Positions 34,258-43,746 of a stretch of DNA of 64,000 nt are shown in pieces; the first letter of the stretch is position 1; each line of letters opens with the position of its first letter. The notes under the pieces were generated by a model. That model saw nothing but the letters and a program-made list of their open reading frames with translations. It searched no databases and was not told the DNA's origin. The DNA is taken from positions 929 to 64,928 of the forward strand of contig JAFYXI010000034.1 in NCBI GenBank assembly GCA_017546245.1. The letters are read 5' to 3'. The position numbers and the translations under genes are program-made. The DNA comes from Clostridia bacterium (GTDB lineage Bacteria > Bacillota > Clostridia > UBA1381 > UBA9506).

Positions 34258-36339
34258 TTATTTTATTAATAATTCTTTTAACATTTCAGGCAAGCTCTCA
34301 TCGTGAGTGGTTCTTGAAGTTGAAAAGCTGTTTACATTCGGTCCTGAGAATGTTATGTCGAACGCACCGTATCCGTTTTCATCGCGATGTGCATCATATC
34401 GGTTAGGTGTTGTTTCGGTTACATATTTATAAAGCATTAAAATTTCATCAGGATTGTCGATTATCAAATCCGCATTTTCCTCTTTATCTACTTCTTTCGT
34501 AACCATAACCTTTGTATCAGCATTTTTCGTAAAATCATTTACTCTTATGCTTGCCTTGTTATAGCTTTCAACAGCAGGAATTGCATCATATAATCCAAGC
34601 TCATAAAGCACAGCAATTGTATTTTCATATGACGGGCGAACGCTATAACTGTAATACTCTGTATAGCCGCCATAACGTTCTTCGCTAGGCACTAAAATAT
34701 CTGTTCCCTCATAGTACCAGGGAATAAGCTCTTCTATCTCGATAGTTGTCAAGGTTGATTCGCCATATGCAAACTCATCATATTTTGCATTTTCAATATC
34801 TTTTTTAAGAGCCTCGCAGATTCTGTTTATTACTTCTTTATCTTCCTGCTTTTCTGCAAAATATTTGCGATAATCTCTGAATCTTGCATCACTTATATTA
34901 ACAGTTTCTACATTTTCTGTTTCGCCGCTTATTACAGGCAAAATATGCCGTTTGTATTCATCGGTTTCTATAATCGGCTTTAATAAATCCTGCTCTGTTC
35001 GTAAATTTACAGAGTATTGACGAACCATCTTTTTGCCGTTTTTAAGATTATAAGTTATATAAATCGGGTCAATTTTATCCTTGCTTTCTTTTTTGTCCTG
35101 CGTTTTAAAGCTATGGAACTTAATTACATTTTCGATGTCTTCCGAATCATATAAATTCGGAATATATTCGCCTTTTTCTATCTTTTGTGCGCCGTTTATG
35201 CTGCGCACCTGAGTAAGCATTTCGATGCTTCTTCTGGTAACGGATACACTTTCAATATCAGTTGACTTCGGCACTCTTTTTTCAAATCCTGTTATATCTG
35301 CCTCGAACAGCAACACGAATGCCAAAGCCGATATTAAAAGTGCAACCGCAGGTTTTATGCTGCCTTTTAGCGTAAATGCTTTTTTGGCAACCATATTTGC
35401 GATAATAAGTCCTAAAATACCAAACGGCAATATTAAAAACATACTTGTAATGTCGGCAATTGCAACAAGATAAAAATATCCCATCACGCCCATACAAAGC
35501 GATACACCGTAAACAAAAACCGGCTTTAATTTAGGAAAGGCAATAACCTCGGCGGTATTTTCCAAATCACGCAATTTATAAACAAAAAGCGATAACACCA
35601 AAAATATAATCGAATATGCCAAATAAATAAGCGGATATGTTACTGTGCATAATTTATCAATACCGAAATATAAAAAGTCAGTAGTTGCGCTAATACCTGC
35701 GCCGTAAAAATAATATCCGTGCAGATGCAGGTTCATAAGTCCTCTTATTGCAAGCTCAAACGCCAGCGGCAAAAGCGCAAAAATATATGTAAATATTATG
35801 TGCGCAACGCTGTTTGCGGTAAACATTCCGATAAATACCGCAAACGAAAAGCCTATTACGGCATACGACATCTGAGTATGTGCCCACTGCACTATGTGTG
35901 CAACACTTACAACCTGCGAGATAGAAGGATTGGTTCTCATTAAAAGCAGAATAACTGCATTTATTAAAACAGGAACAATAAGCGTTAATAAGCCAAAAAC
36001 CGTGTGCGTTATAAAAAGTGTTTCGCGCTTGACCGGTACAGAATGGATTTGTGCAACTGCGCTTTTAGAGTTTAAGTACGAAAACAAAAGCACCGCTGTG
36101 CCAACTGCAATAATCGCCAACAGAAAGTAAGGAAAAATGCTGTAATTTAAAATGTTTGAATTTAAATATGTTCTTTCTGCCGGCAGCGCTTTTCCGACCA
36201 CATATCCTTGATATGTAATATAAAACGGAAGAAGGCAGGATACAAATATTAAAATTGAATAAAGTGCCGAAACCCACCAAAAACGTTTTAAGTCTGATTT
36301 AAAAATTGCAAAATTAAAGAATGATGCCGGTCGTTTCAT
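34258..36339 (-). CDS. ABC-2-type permease with a large C-terminal soluble domain
   Basis: 693 aa. The N-terminal half is multi-TM and the roughly 330-aa C-terminal half is hydrophilic. It overlaps the upstream ATPase gene by 26 nt. Confidence 0.55.
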   Translation of the reverse strand: MKRPASFFNFAIFKSDLKRFWWVSALYSILIFVSCLLPFYITYQGYVVGKALPAERTYLNSNILNYSIFPYFLLAIIAVGTAVLLFSYLNSKSAVAQIHSVPVKRETLFITHTVFGLLTLIVPVLINAVILLLMRTNPSISQVVSVAHIVQWAHTQMSYAVIGFSFAVFIGMFTANSVAHIIFTYIFALLPLAFELAIRGLMNLHLHGYYFYGAGISATTDFLYFGIDKLCTVTYPLIYLAYSIIFLVLSLFVYKLRDLENTAEVIAFPKLKPVFVYGVSLCMGVMGYFYLVAIADITSMFLILPFGILGLIIANMVAKKAFTLKGSIKPAVALLISALAFVLLFEADITGFEKRVPKSTDIESVSVTRRSIEMLTQVRSINGAQKIEKGEYIPNLYDSEDIENVIKFHSFKTQDKKESKDKIDPIYITYNLKNGKKMVRQYSVNLRTEQDLLKPIIETDEYKRHILPVISGETENVETVNISDARFRDYRKYFAEKQEDKEVINRICEALKKDIENAKYDEFAYGESTLTTIEIEELIPWYYEGTDILVPSEERYGGYTEYYSYSVRPSYENTIAVLYELGLYDAIPAVESYNKASIRVNDFTKNADTKVMVTKEVDKEENADLIIDNPDEILMLYKYVTETTPNRYDAHRDENGYGAFDITFSGPNVNSFSTSRTTHDESLPEMLKELLIK

Positions 36340-37213
36340 ATCCCAAACCTCCTAACTCATAGATGAATACTTCTTCAAGCGTTAATGCAAGTGTATCTAA
36401 AATAATCGGCGAATAATCTGATATAAGGGCTTTTATTTCGTCTATATTTCCCTTTACTATCAGGCTGTATACCGAACCGAACTGCTCAAAGTGCAGAATT
36501 TCAATTTTTTCTTTAATTTCTTCAGGAAATGCCTCTTTAAACGCAGTCTGAACCTTGTGGATGTTGCCCTTAGCCTCGTCTAACGATTTTTCTAAAACAA
36601 CTTGTCCTTTATGCATTATTCCAACATGGTCGCACACATCTTCAAGCTCTCTTAAGTTATGGCTTGATACTAAAACAGTCATTTCTCTTTCTGCAACGTC
36701 AGAAAGCAGCAGCTTCCACACATTTTTTCTCATAACGGGGTCTAAGCCGTCAACCGGCTCGTCCAGAATTAAAACGTCAGGCTTTGTGCATATTCCCAGC
36801 CAAAACGCAACCTGCTTTTGCATACCTTTTGACAGTTTTTTAATTTTGCGCTTTAAGTCAATTTTAAAAACTTCTTTTAAAGCTAAAAATCTTTCTTCAT
36901 CCCAGTCAGGATATAAACCCTTATAAAAATTTGCCATATCGCGAATGGAATATGTAGAAAAGAAATATAAATCATCGCCTATACAAACAGTTTTTGTTTT
37001 TAGCGGTATATTTTCGTAAACCGGCTGATTATCAATCTTAATTTCACCGCTGTCTTGCTTATAAACACCCGTTAAGTGCTTTATTATTGTGGTTTTGCCG
37101 GCTCCGTTAGGACCAATAAGCCCGTAAACCGTTCCTTTTTTAACATTAAGCGAAAGGTCGTTTAATGCCTTAATATCGTCAAAGGTTTTATTAATATTAC
37201 TGACTTTAATCAT
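36314..37213 (-). CDS. ABC transporter ATP-binding protein
   Basis: Walker A GPNGAGKTT, signature LSKGMQKQ and Walker B ILILDEP. Confidence 0.9.
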   Translation of the reverse strand: MIKVSNINKTFDDIKALNDLSLNVKKGTVYGLIGPNGAGKTTIIKHLTGVYKQDSGEIKIDNQPVYENIPLKTKTVCIGDDLYFFSTYSIRDMANFYKGLYPDWDEERFLALKEVFKIDLKRKIKKLSKGMQKQVAFWLGICTKPDVLILDEPVDGLDPVMRKNVWKLLLSDVAEREMTVLVSSHNLRELEDVCDHVGIMHKGQVVLEKSLDEAKGNIHKVQTAFKEAFPEEIKEKIEILHFEQFGSVYSLIVKGNIDEIKALISDYSPIILDTLALTLEEVFIYELGGLGYETTGIIL

Positions 37214-37596
37214 TAATTACCACCCCTTTTTATGTTCTCAAATATTTTATCGACTTCGTGTTTTAAGCTTTCGGGACTTTCTCCGCGATACAAAAGCTCT
37301 GCGGCGGCGTCCTGAAGATTTTTGTAAAGTGCAGATATAAATTCTTCGGTTTGCGCCTTTTTAATTGGTGCAATAAAGCTGCCCTTTGCCCTTTGCGAAT
37401 AAATAAATCCCTCTTCTTCAAGCTCTTTATAGGCTCTTTGTATGGTATTGGGATTAATCGCAAGACTTGATGCCAGCTCTCGTACAGACGGAATTTTGTC
37501 ATGCTCATTAACAGCACCCGAAATAATCAGCTCTTTAAACTTTTCTTTAATTTGCTCGTATAGCGGTCTTCGGTCGCTGAAATCAAGATTTATCAT
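37213..37596 (-). CDS. GntR-family (YtrA-like) transcriptional regulator
   Basis: 127 aa with the winged-HTH segment KIPSVRELASSLAINPNTIQRAYKELEEEGFIYSQRAKGSF. It is the first gene of a GntR-ABC operon. Confidence 0.85.
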   Translation of the reverse strand: MINLDFSDRRPLYEQIKEKFKELIISGAVNEHDKIPSVRELASSLAINPNTIQRAYKELEEEGFIYSQRAKGSFIAPIKKAQTEEFISALYKNLQDAAAELLYRGESPESLKHEVDKIFENIKRGGN

Positions 37597-37622
37597 AATG
37601 CCCCTCCTTTCTGATTGTATTA

Positions 37623-37666
37623 ACTGTACTAATACATATAATACAGTATGTTTTTTGATTTGTCAA
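37623..37666 (-). promoter_or_regulatory. Promoter plus palindromic operator of the GntR-ABC operon
   Basis: On the minus strand: TTGACA (37666-37661), a 17-nt spacer, then TATTAT (37643-37638). The inverted repeat ACTGTA...TACAGT (37623-37647) overlaps the -10. Confidence 0.45.
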
Positions 37667-37814
37667 TAGGTTTATTAAAAATTTTATAATTAGAGAGGTA
37701 AATTTTGGTTTGACAATCTGACGAGGCTTTTTATCAGTGCCAACATAATGCGCTTAACCAAAATTTATTTAATCATTGCTTGATTTTAAGCTTTTAGTAT
37801 GCTATAATAATATT

Positions 37815-38030
37815 TGCTAAACAAATTAAATATAAAAAAACGGGTATGTTTCTTATTGCAAGGAATACTATACTCTTTTTTTGCATACCTTATACATCGC
37901 GTACAATTTGTTAAAAACGCAAATTCGGCGATGTAGAATAGGTTTGTTAAAAACTCGTTTTATTTAATTTGTTTAGCGACAATCGAATTTGCGTTTTTTA
38001 TGCGCTGACTTCGGTTGGCGCATTTTTTAT
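37815..38030 (+). ncRNA. Unclassified structured ncRNA candidate, copy 1
   Basis: Promoter TTGATT (37780-37785), 17 nt, then TGcTATAAT (37800-37808). Perfect 17-bp long-range helix 37816-37832 / 37961-37977. Perfect 15-bp helix 37913-37927 / 37984-37998. Terminator ATGCGCTGAC-TTCG-GTTGGCGCAT (38000-38023) plus T6. It contains no ORF. Confidence 0.55.
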
Positions 38031-38033
38031 TTT

Positions 38034-38060
38034 CAGGAGGGCACAGAGACCCTCCCCTAC
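38034..38060 (-). repeat. Solo GTAGG-hairpin (REP-like) unit
   Basis: The minus strand reads GTAGG-GGAGGG-TCTCTGTG-CCCTCC-TG. It has the same GTAGG-plus-hairpin grammar as the core of the MITE-like element. Confidence 0.4.
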
Positions 38061-38132
38061 GATATATTTTATTAATACCAATTAATTTTTATAAAATTGT
38101 TGATAAAATATTAAGAATGTGATAATATAAAT

Positions 38133-38336
38133 ATGCCAAGTATAATTAAATAATAGAAAAAATTGAGTATTTTTTAGGAGTATCATACTCTTTTTTTGCA
38201 ATACTATCTTTGGAAACGTTAAAAACGCGACTCCATTAGATAGTGTTGCAGATATTCCTGTTCGTTATTTAATTATACTTGGCGGTAGTCGGAGTTCGCG
38301 TTTTTATGCGCTGACTTCGGTTGGCGCATTTTTTAA
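38133..38336 (+). ncRNA. Unclassified structured ncRNA candidate, copy 2
   Basis: Promoter TTGATA (38100-38105), 17 nt, then TAATAT (38123-38128). Perfect 19-bp helix 38135-38153 / 38265-38283. 14-bp helix with one bulge 38221-38234 / 38291-38305. The terminator at 38306-38329 plus T5 is identical to that of copy 1. Confidence 0.55.
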
Positions 38337-38363
38337 TTTATAAACAAAACAGGGGGCAAGAAT

Positions 38364-38570
38364 ATGTGCAAAGATAACGAAAAAGCTAAAAAAATTGATA
38401 CTAAGGCAATGTCGGAATCGTTAGAAGACTTAAGCGAAAAAGAAATTGAGCTTTTAGCAGAAGCATATTCATTAATTGATGCATTTGAATTACTGCCGAT
38501 AAAAAAACAGGCTGAAATATTGGTTGAGCTTAATGAAATGGAAGACGCCGACAATCATGAAGATAACTGA
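38364..38570 (+). CDS. Small acidic hypothetical protein (68 aa)
   Basis: RBS AGGGGG lies 8 nt before the ATG. The protein is highly acidic and probably helical (SEKEIELLAEAYSLIDAFELLPIKKQAEILVELNEMEDADNHEDN). I recognise no family. Confidence 0.45.
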   Translation: MCKDNEKAKKIDTKAMSESLEDLSEKEIELLAEAYSLIDAFELLPIKKQAEILVELNEMEDADNHEDN

Positions 38571-38587
38571 TTCGATAATAAAAAAAC

Positions 38588-38634
38588 AAAGAGGCTGCAG
38601 CAAGACGATTTTAAATCCTTTTGCTGCAACCTCT
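38588..38634. terminator. Bidirectional terminator between the small acidic ORF and the SASP gene
   Basis: Stem AGAGGCTGCAGCAA / TTGCTGCAACCTCT (one G-U pair) flanked by an A-run and a T-rich run. Confidence 0.6.
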
Positions 38635-38668
38635 TATTAATTAGCTTAAAACTTTAATAAATGCTTAA

Positions 38669-38860
38669 TTATTTAATGCTGTTTTCGTAAGCTTCTACCA
38701 TCTTTTTAACCATCTGTCCGCCGATAGAACCTGCTTCTTTAGAGGTTAAGTCGCCGTTATAACCCTGTTTTAAGTTAACGCCTACTTCGTTTGCAACTTC
38801 CATTTTGAACTTGTTAAGAGCTTCTTTTGCTTCAGGAACAACTTTTTTATTACTTGTCAT
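38669..38860 (-). CDS. Small acid-soluble spore protein, alpha/beta type
   Basis: 63 aa: MTSNKKVVPEAKEALNKFKMEVANEVGVNLKQGYNGDLTSKEAGSIGGQMVKKMVE matches the two conserved alpha/beta SASP blocks. RBS AAGGAGTG. The track ORF start at 38968 was rejected. Confidence 0.9.
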   Translation of the reverse strand: MTSNKKVVPEAKEALNKFKMEVANEVGVNLKQGYNGDLTSKEAGSIGGQMVKKMVEAYENSIK

Positions 38861-38906
38861 TTTGTTACACTCCTTATAAAATATAAAAAATTTATTCGAG
38901 GTCATC

Positions 38907-38936
38907 GCCTCGATACTATTTTGTTCAATACACAAG
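38907..38936 (-). promoter_or_regulatory. Possible forespore (sigma-G/F type) promoter of the SASP gene
   Basis: The minus strand reads TGAATA, 17 nt, then CAAAATA. This resembles the GnATA ... CAtxxTA forespore-promoter pattern. The assignment is by eye only. Confidence 0.3.
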
Positions 38937-39082
38937 TATATATTCAAAAAAATGATGTATTTTGTCAAGAAGTTTTTTCCTTTAAAGTAATTTTTTAAAA
39001 CTCATATTAATAATAATGCAAACGGTAACATTTTTTGATTAAATTCATATAATATCACTACGGATAATCAGGAGGTGTTATA

Positions 39083-39793
39083 ATGCGGCTTGGCAACAAA
39101 AAAAGAGTTTGTTTTCATATAAGCAGCGCGAGCAAACGAAAATGGTCGGCCTTTTTGTGGTTTATATTTATATTGGCATTGTGCACCGCAACCTTTTTGT
39201 GCTTTTTAAAAACTGTGCGTCCTGTTATGGTTGAGCTTGCAAAATCTAAGGCTACATATCTTGCAAATCAGCTTATAGATAAATCTGTTTCAGAAATTTT
39301 TAAAAAGCAGCCTATTAAATATTCAGATATTATAAGGTTAGAAAAAGACCTTGACGGAAATATCCGTGCGGTGCAATCTGACCTTTTTGAAGTAAACAGC
39401 TTAAAAACAGAGATAGCTTTAGATATTCAGAAAAAAATGGCAGATGCATCGAAAGCAGATTTTAAAATTCCGTCAGGAAGCTTAACGGGAATTGATTTTT
39501 TGGCAGGCACAGGACCATATATTAACTTTAATTTAATGCCGTACGGTAACGCACAGGTCGATTTTATATCCAGCTTCGAAACCGCAGGAGTAAATCAGAC
39601 GCGGCTTATGGTAAATTTAAATGTTAAAACAAATTTTGCGCTTTTAATGCCTACGGTAAACACAAGCTGTACGGTTGAAAATACTGTGCCGTTATTTCAG
39701 ACCATTGTGGTCGGCGAAGTTCCCGAAAGCTTTTTTAATGTAGACAGAGCGGATGACGCGCTGGTTGATGATGCTTTAGATATGGCACAATAA
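39083..39793 (+). CDS. yunB: Sporulation protein YunB
   Basis: 236 aa with an N-terminal TM segment. YunB-like blocks: IRLEKDLDGNIRAVQSDLFEVNSLKTEIALDIQ, IPSGSLTG and MPYGNAQVDFISSFETAGVNQT. Confidence 0.75.
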   Translation: MRLGNKKRVCFHISSASKRKWSAFLWFIFILALCTATFLCFLKTVRPVMVELAKSKATYLANQLIDKSVSEIFKKQPIKYSDIIRLEKDLDGNIRAVQSDLFEVNSLKTEIALDIQKKMADASKADFKIPSGSLTGIDFLAGTGPYINFNLMPYGNAQVDFISSFETAGVNQTRLMVNLNVKTNFALLMPTVNTSCTVENTVPLFQTIVVGEVPESFFNVDRADDALVDDALDMAQ

Positions 39794-39929
39794 AAATATT
39801 AATTTTTTTGTTGATTTTTTGCTTAAAATATGAGAAAATATATCTATTAAGTGCAGTTGTTTGTTGTTTGGAATAAGTTGCCCTTTTAATAAGCATACTA
39901 TGGTTATTAAATTAAAAGGAGAGCAATTT

Positions 39930-40673
39930 ATGAACAACGAATCAGTTAACGAAAAAGATAAAAAAGAAGAGGAAAATCAGCAAGAGCAAAACAGCGAAAA
40001 CATTCGTGATTTCGGCAGCAGCTGTATAAAAAATTCTAAAGGCAATATTCATTGTCTTACGATAGTCGGTCAGGTAGAGGGGCATATGCTTCTTCCTCCG
40101 CAGAATAAAACCACCAAGTACGAGCACGTTATACCGCTTTTAGTATCTGTCGAAGAAGACGAAAATATTGACGGTTTAATTGTTATTTTAAATACCGTCG
40201 GCGGAGATGTTGAAGCAGGTCTTGCGATTTCTGAAATGATTTCGAGTATGACAAAACCGGTTGTTTCGCTGGTGCTTGGCGGTGGGCACAGCATTGGCGT
40301 TCCGCTTGCGGTTTCGTCTAAACATTCGTTTATAGCACCATCTGCTACGATGACAATTCATCCCATACGTATGAACGGACTGGTTATAGGTGTTCCGCAA
40401 ACGTATGAATATTTTAATAAAATGCAGGAACGTGTAGTTAATTTTGTAACAAAAAATTCTAATATATCACGCGAAAAATTTACCGAGCTTATGATGAAAA
40501 CGGGCGAAATGGCAAATGATGTAGGCTGTATTATTATGGGCGAAGAAGCAGTAAAAAGCGGCTTGATTGATGAGATTGGCGGCATACGCGAGGCTTTAAG
40601 CTGCCTTTATAATATGATAGACGAAAACAAAAAGGAAAAGGATGCGACAAAAGAAAATGACAAAAAATCTTGA
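39930..40673 (+). CDS. tepA: ClpP-family translocation-enhancing protein TepA-like
   Basis: Start at MNNESV (RBS AAAGGAGAG). TepA/ClpP-like core: [32 protein letters not shown]...[19 protein letters not shown]...GGGHSIG. Confidence 0.7.
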   Translation: MNNESVNEKDKKEEENQQEQNSENIRDFGSSCIKNSKGNIHCLTIVGQVEGHMLLPPQNKTTKYEHVIPLLVSVEEDENIDGLIVILNTVGGDVEAGLAISEMISSMTKPVVSLVLGGGHSIGVPLAVSSKHSFIAPSATMTIHPIRMNGLVIGVPQTYEYFNKMQERVVNFVTKNSNISREKFTELMMKTGEMANDVGCIIMGEEAVKSGLIDEIGGIREALSCLYNMIDENKKEKDATKENDKKS

Positions 40674-41055
40674 GGTTGGAATAAAAAACAGATTAGAAAT
40701 TAAAGTTGACGAAACAAAAAGTGCAATTAGTGCCGGCAGCGGAACTCTGCCAGTGTTTGGCACTCCGTTTGTTGCGGCCTTAATGGAGCAGACAGCAGAA
40801 GAAAGTGTGCGAGGCTGTTTAGAAGAAGGACAGGCTACTGTTGGCACAAAGCTTGTTTTAAATCATACAGCGGCAACAACTATGGGGCGTACCGCTTTTT
40901 GTGAATCTGAACTGGTTTTGGTTGACCGCAGACGTTTAGTGTTTAAAGTTGTTGTTTGCGACGATGCAGGTCAGGTAGCAGACGCAGAGCACGAACGTTT
41001 TATTGTAGATGTTGAAAAATTTATGGATAAAGCAGGTAAAAGGGGTGTCGAATAA
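40657..41055 (+). CDS. Hotdog-fold thioesterase family protein
   Basis: About 132 aa: [21 protein letters not shown]...[29 protein letters not shown] resembles the FlK/YiiD-type hotdog fold. The start MTKNLEV overlaps the tepA end. Confidence 0.6.
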   Translation: MTKNLEVGIKNRLEIKVDETKSAISAGSGTLPVFGTPFVAALMEQTAEESVRGCLEEGQATVGTKLVLNHTAATTMGRTAFCESELVLVDRRRLVFKVVVCDDAGQVADAEHERFIVDVEKFMDKAGKRGVE

Positions 41056-42725
41056 TGCTTACTGATATAGAAATAGCTCAGGGAGCGAAAATGCAGCCGA
41101 TTACAAAGGTTGCAGAAAAAATCGGTATAGATGCCGAAGAGCTTGAATTATACGGAAAGTATAAGGCAAAGCTATCTAAAGATGTATGGAACAGAGTTAA
41201 ATCAAATCCTGACGGAAAGCTGGTTTTGGTTACTGCAATTAATCCGACTCCGGCAGGCGAGGGCAAAACAACTACAACTGTCGGTTTAGGTCAGGCAATG
41301 GCAAAAATCAATAAAAATGCAATTATCGCACTTCGTGAGCCGTCGCTCGGTCCTGTTATGGGCATTAAGGGCGGCGCGGCAGGCGGCGGTTGGGCACAGG
41401 TTGTTCCTATGGAGGATATAAATCTGCATTTTACCGGCGATATGCATGCGCTTACTGCGGCAAATAATCTGCTTTGCGCTATGATTGATAACCACATCAA
41501 GCAGGGCAACATTTTAAATATTGACCCTACAAAAGTAATTTTCCCTCGTGTTATGGATATGAATGACCGAGCCTTAAGAGATGTTGTTGTAGGTCTGGGC
41601 GGCACAATAAACGGAAATCCGCGTCAGGACAGATTTGTTATAACAGTCGCATCTGAATTGATGGCAATTTTGTGCTTGGCAAGCGATTTGGCAGACTTAA
41701 AAGAACGTATCAGCCGTATAATTATCGGTTATACATACGAAGGTAAAGAAGTAAAAGCAGGTGATTTAAACGTTCAGGGTGCAATGACTGCGCTTTTAAA
41801 AGATGCAATCAAGCCTAACCTTGTTCAAACACTTGAAAATACCCCTTGCTTAATGCACGGTGGACCGTTTGCAAATATCGCACACGGCTGTAACAGTATT
41901 CAGGCAACTAAAATTGCGTTAAAGCTTGCTGATTACGTAATAACCGAGGCTGGCTTTGGTGCAGATTTGGGTGCAGAAAAGTTTTTAGATATAAAATGCC
42001 GCGCGGCAGGTCTTAAACCCTCTGCGGTTGTTATAGTTGCTACTGTTCGTGCTTTAAAATATAACGGCGGAGTAGCTAAAGCTGACTTGGCAGAAGAAAA
42101 TTTAGATGCTTTAAAAGCAGGTATAAGCAATTTAGGAAAGCATATTGAAAATATGCGTAAATATAATGTAAACGTGCTTGTTGCAATAAACCGTTTCGGA
42201 ACAGATTCTGAAGCTGAGCTTGATTATATAGCCGAATATTGTAAAGAACAGGGTGCAGAGTTTGCATTAAGTGAGGTTTTTGCAAAAGGCGGAGAAGGCG
42301 GCATAGAGCTGGCAGAAAAGCTGGTTGAAACATTAGAAACCAAAGAAAGCAGCTTTGCCCCGATTTACGACGAGAAAAAGCCTATTAAAGAAAAAATAGA
42401 AACCATTGTAAAAGAAATTTACGGCGGTGACGGAGTAATTTATACCCCGGCTGCCGAAAAACAGATTCAAACACTTACCGAAAACGGATACGACAAGCTG
42501 CCGATTTGTATGGCAAAAACTCAGTATTCATTATCAGATAATCCGAGTCTTTTAGGTCGCCCGAGCGGATTTAAAGTGACTGTTAAAGAGGTTAAAGCAT
42601 ATGCAGGTGCAGGCTTTGTTGCTGTTTTAACAGGTGATATTATGACAATGCCCGGTCTTCCTAAGGCACCGGCAGCCCTTAACATCGACGTAGACGATAA
42701 CGGTGTAATAACTGGTTTATTCTAA
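41055..42725 (+). CDS. fhs: Formate--tetrahydrofolate ligase
   Basis: 556 aa with canonical FTHFS sequence ([52 protein letters not shown]). Confidence 0.95.
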   Translation: MLTDIEIAQGAKMQPITKVAEKIGIDAEELELYGKYKAKLSKDVWNRVKSNPDGKLVLVTAINPTPAGEGKTTTTVGLGQAMAKINKNAIIALREPSLGPVMGIKGGAAGGGWAQVVPMEDINLHFTGDMHALTAANNLLCAMIDNHIKQGNILNIDPTKVIFPRVMDMNDRALRDVVVGLGGTINGNPRQDRFVITVASELMAILCLASDLADLKERISRIIIGYTYEGKEVKAGDLNVQGAMTALLKDAIKPNLVQTLENTPCLMHGGPFANIAHGCNSIQATKIALKLADYVITEAGFGADLGAEKFLDIKCRAAGLKPSAVVIVATVRALKYNGGVAKADLAEENLDALKAGISNLGKHIENMRKYNVNVLVAINRFGTDSEAELDYIAEYCKEQGAEFALSEVFAKGGEGGIELAEKLVETLETKESSFAPIYDEKKPIKEKIETIVKEIYGGDGVIYTPAAEKQIQTLTENGYDKLPICMAKTQYSLSDNPSLLGRPSGFKVTVKEVKAYAGAGFVAVLTGDIMTMPGLPKAPAALNIDVDDNGVITGLF

Positions 42726-42762
42726 TTTTATATAAATTTCATAGCAAAAGGAGAATGACAAA

Positions 42763-43305
42763 ATGAAAGATTTAAAAGGAACAAAAACAGAGGCAAATTT
42801 AATGGCGGCATTTGCCGGCGAATCTCAGGCAAGAAACAAATATACATACTATGCGTCAAAGGCTAAAAAAGACGGATATGTTCAGATTGCAGCTTTATTC
42901 GAAGAAACTGCAAACAACGAAAAAGAACATGCAAAAATTTGGTTTAAGCTTCTTCACGACGGCGGTATTCCTGATACCATGACAAACTTAGCAGATGCCG
43001 CAGCAGGCGAAAACTATGAATGGACAGATATGTACAAGGGCTTTGCAGAAACAGCTAAAGAAGAAGGCTTTGACAAGATTGCGGCTTTATTTGAAATGGT
43101 AGGCAAAATTGAAAAGCATCACGAAGAAAGATACCTTGCTCTTTTAGATAACGTTAAAAAAGAAACCGTATTCTCAAAAGACGGAGATGTTATCTGGCAG
43201 TGCGCTAACTGCGGACACATTATGGTTGGCAAAAAAGCTCCTGAGCTTTGCCCTGTTTGTGCTCATCCTAAGGCTTACTTCCAGATTCTTGCTGAAAATT
43301 ATTAA
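42763..43305 (+). CDS. rbr: Rubrerythrin
   Basis: 180 aa with a ferritin-like di-iron domain ([25 protein letters not shown]) and a C-terminal rubredoxin CANCG...CPVC. Confidence 0.9.
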   Translation: MKDLKGTKTEANLMAAFAGESQARNKYTYYASKAKKDGYVQIAALFEETANNEKEHAKIWFKLLHDGGIPDTMTNLADAAAGENYEWTDMYKGFAETAKEEGFDKIAALFEMVGKIEKHHEERYLALLDNVKKETVFSKDGDVIWQCANCGHIMVGKKAPELCPVCAHPKAYFQILAENY

Positions 43306-43317
43306 TTTTAATATAAT

Positions 43318-43365
43318 AAAAAGAGCTGCAGCAAAATGAATTTCATTTTGCTGCAGCTCTTTTGT
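43318..43365. terminator. Bidirectional terminator between rbr and the lipoprotein gene
   Basis: Long palindrome AAAAGAGCTGCAGCAAAATGAA/TTCATTTTGCTGCAGCTCTTTT. Confidence 0.7.
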
Positions 43366-43373
43366 TTTAATTA

Positions 43374-43745
43374 TTAGTTGCTTTCTACTATTTCAATGCT
43401 CTTTACCATTTTATCGCCATCGACTTCTTCATAATATACGTTAACAAAAGTACCCTTCATAATTCTTGGTTTTTCAGGGTTTTTATTAAAAAGAGCCAGC
43501 TCGCTTTTCCCCTTTTCGCCCAGAATGAACGTGTACTTTTCTCCATCAACCAACACTTTCATTTTTTCATCATCCAAAGATTTTATTATACCCTGAACCC
43601 CGGGTTCTTTTCCCGGAAGCACCTGACCTGCCAGATTGGTTATTTCAGGATTTGCTGTAGCCTTTGGTCCTCCAATAGCTCCGCATCCGCTGAAAACTAC
43701 CGATGCGGTAATTATTGTACATAAAAACAATGCTGTTTTTTTCAT
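43374..43745 (-). CDS. Small lipoprotein, function unknown
   Basis: 123 aa with a signal peptide and lipobox VFSGCG. Confidence 0.6.
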   Translation of the reverse strand: MKKTALFLCTIITASVVFSGCGAIGGPKATANPEITNLAGQVLPGKEPGVQGIIKSLDDEKMKVLVDGEKYTFILGEKGKSELALFNKNPEKPRIMKGTFVNVYYEEVDGDKMVKSIEIVESN

Positions 43746-43746
43746 T

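Noticed and set aside
37780-38336. Alternative readings of the tandem non-coding units: CRISPR array, retron msr-msd, riboswitch, invertible promoter
   Set aside because: CRISPR: the units are about 210 nt with internal structure, not short repeats with spacers, and no cas genes are present. Retron: the a1/a2-like helix is suggestive, but no reverse transcriptase lies in or near the locus. Riboswitch: I found no segment able to pair with the 5' half of the terminator stem as an antiterminator, and copy 1 has no downstream ORF. Inverton: no invertase is nearby, and the inverted repeats differ between copies while keeping complementarity, which fits RNA pairing better.
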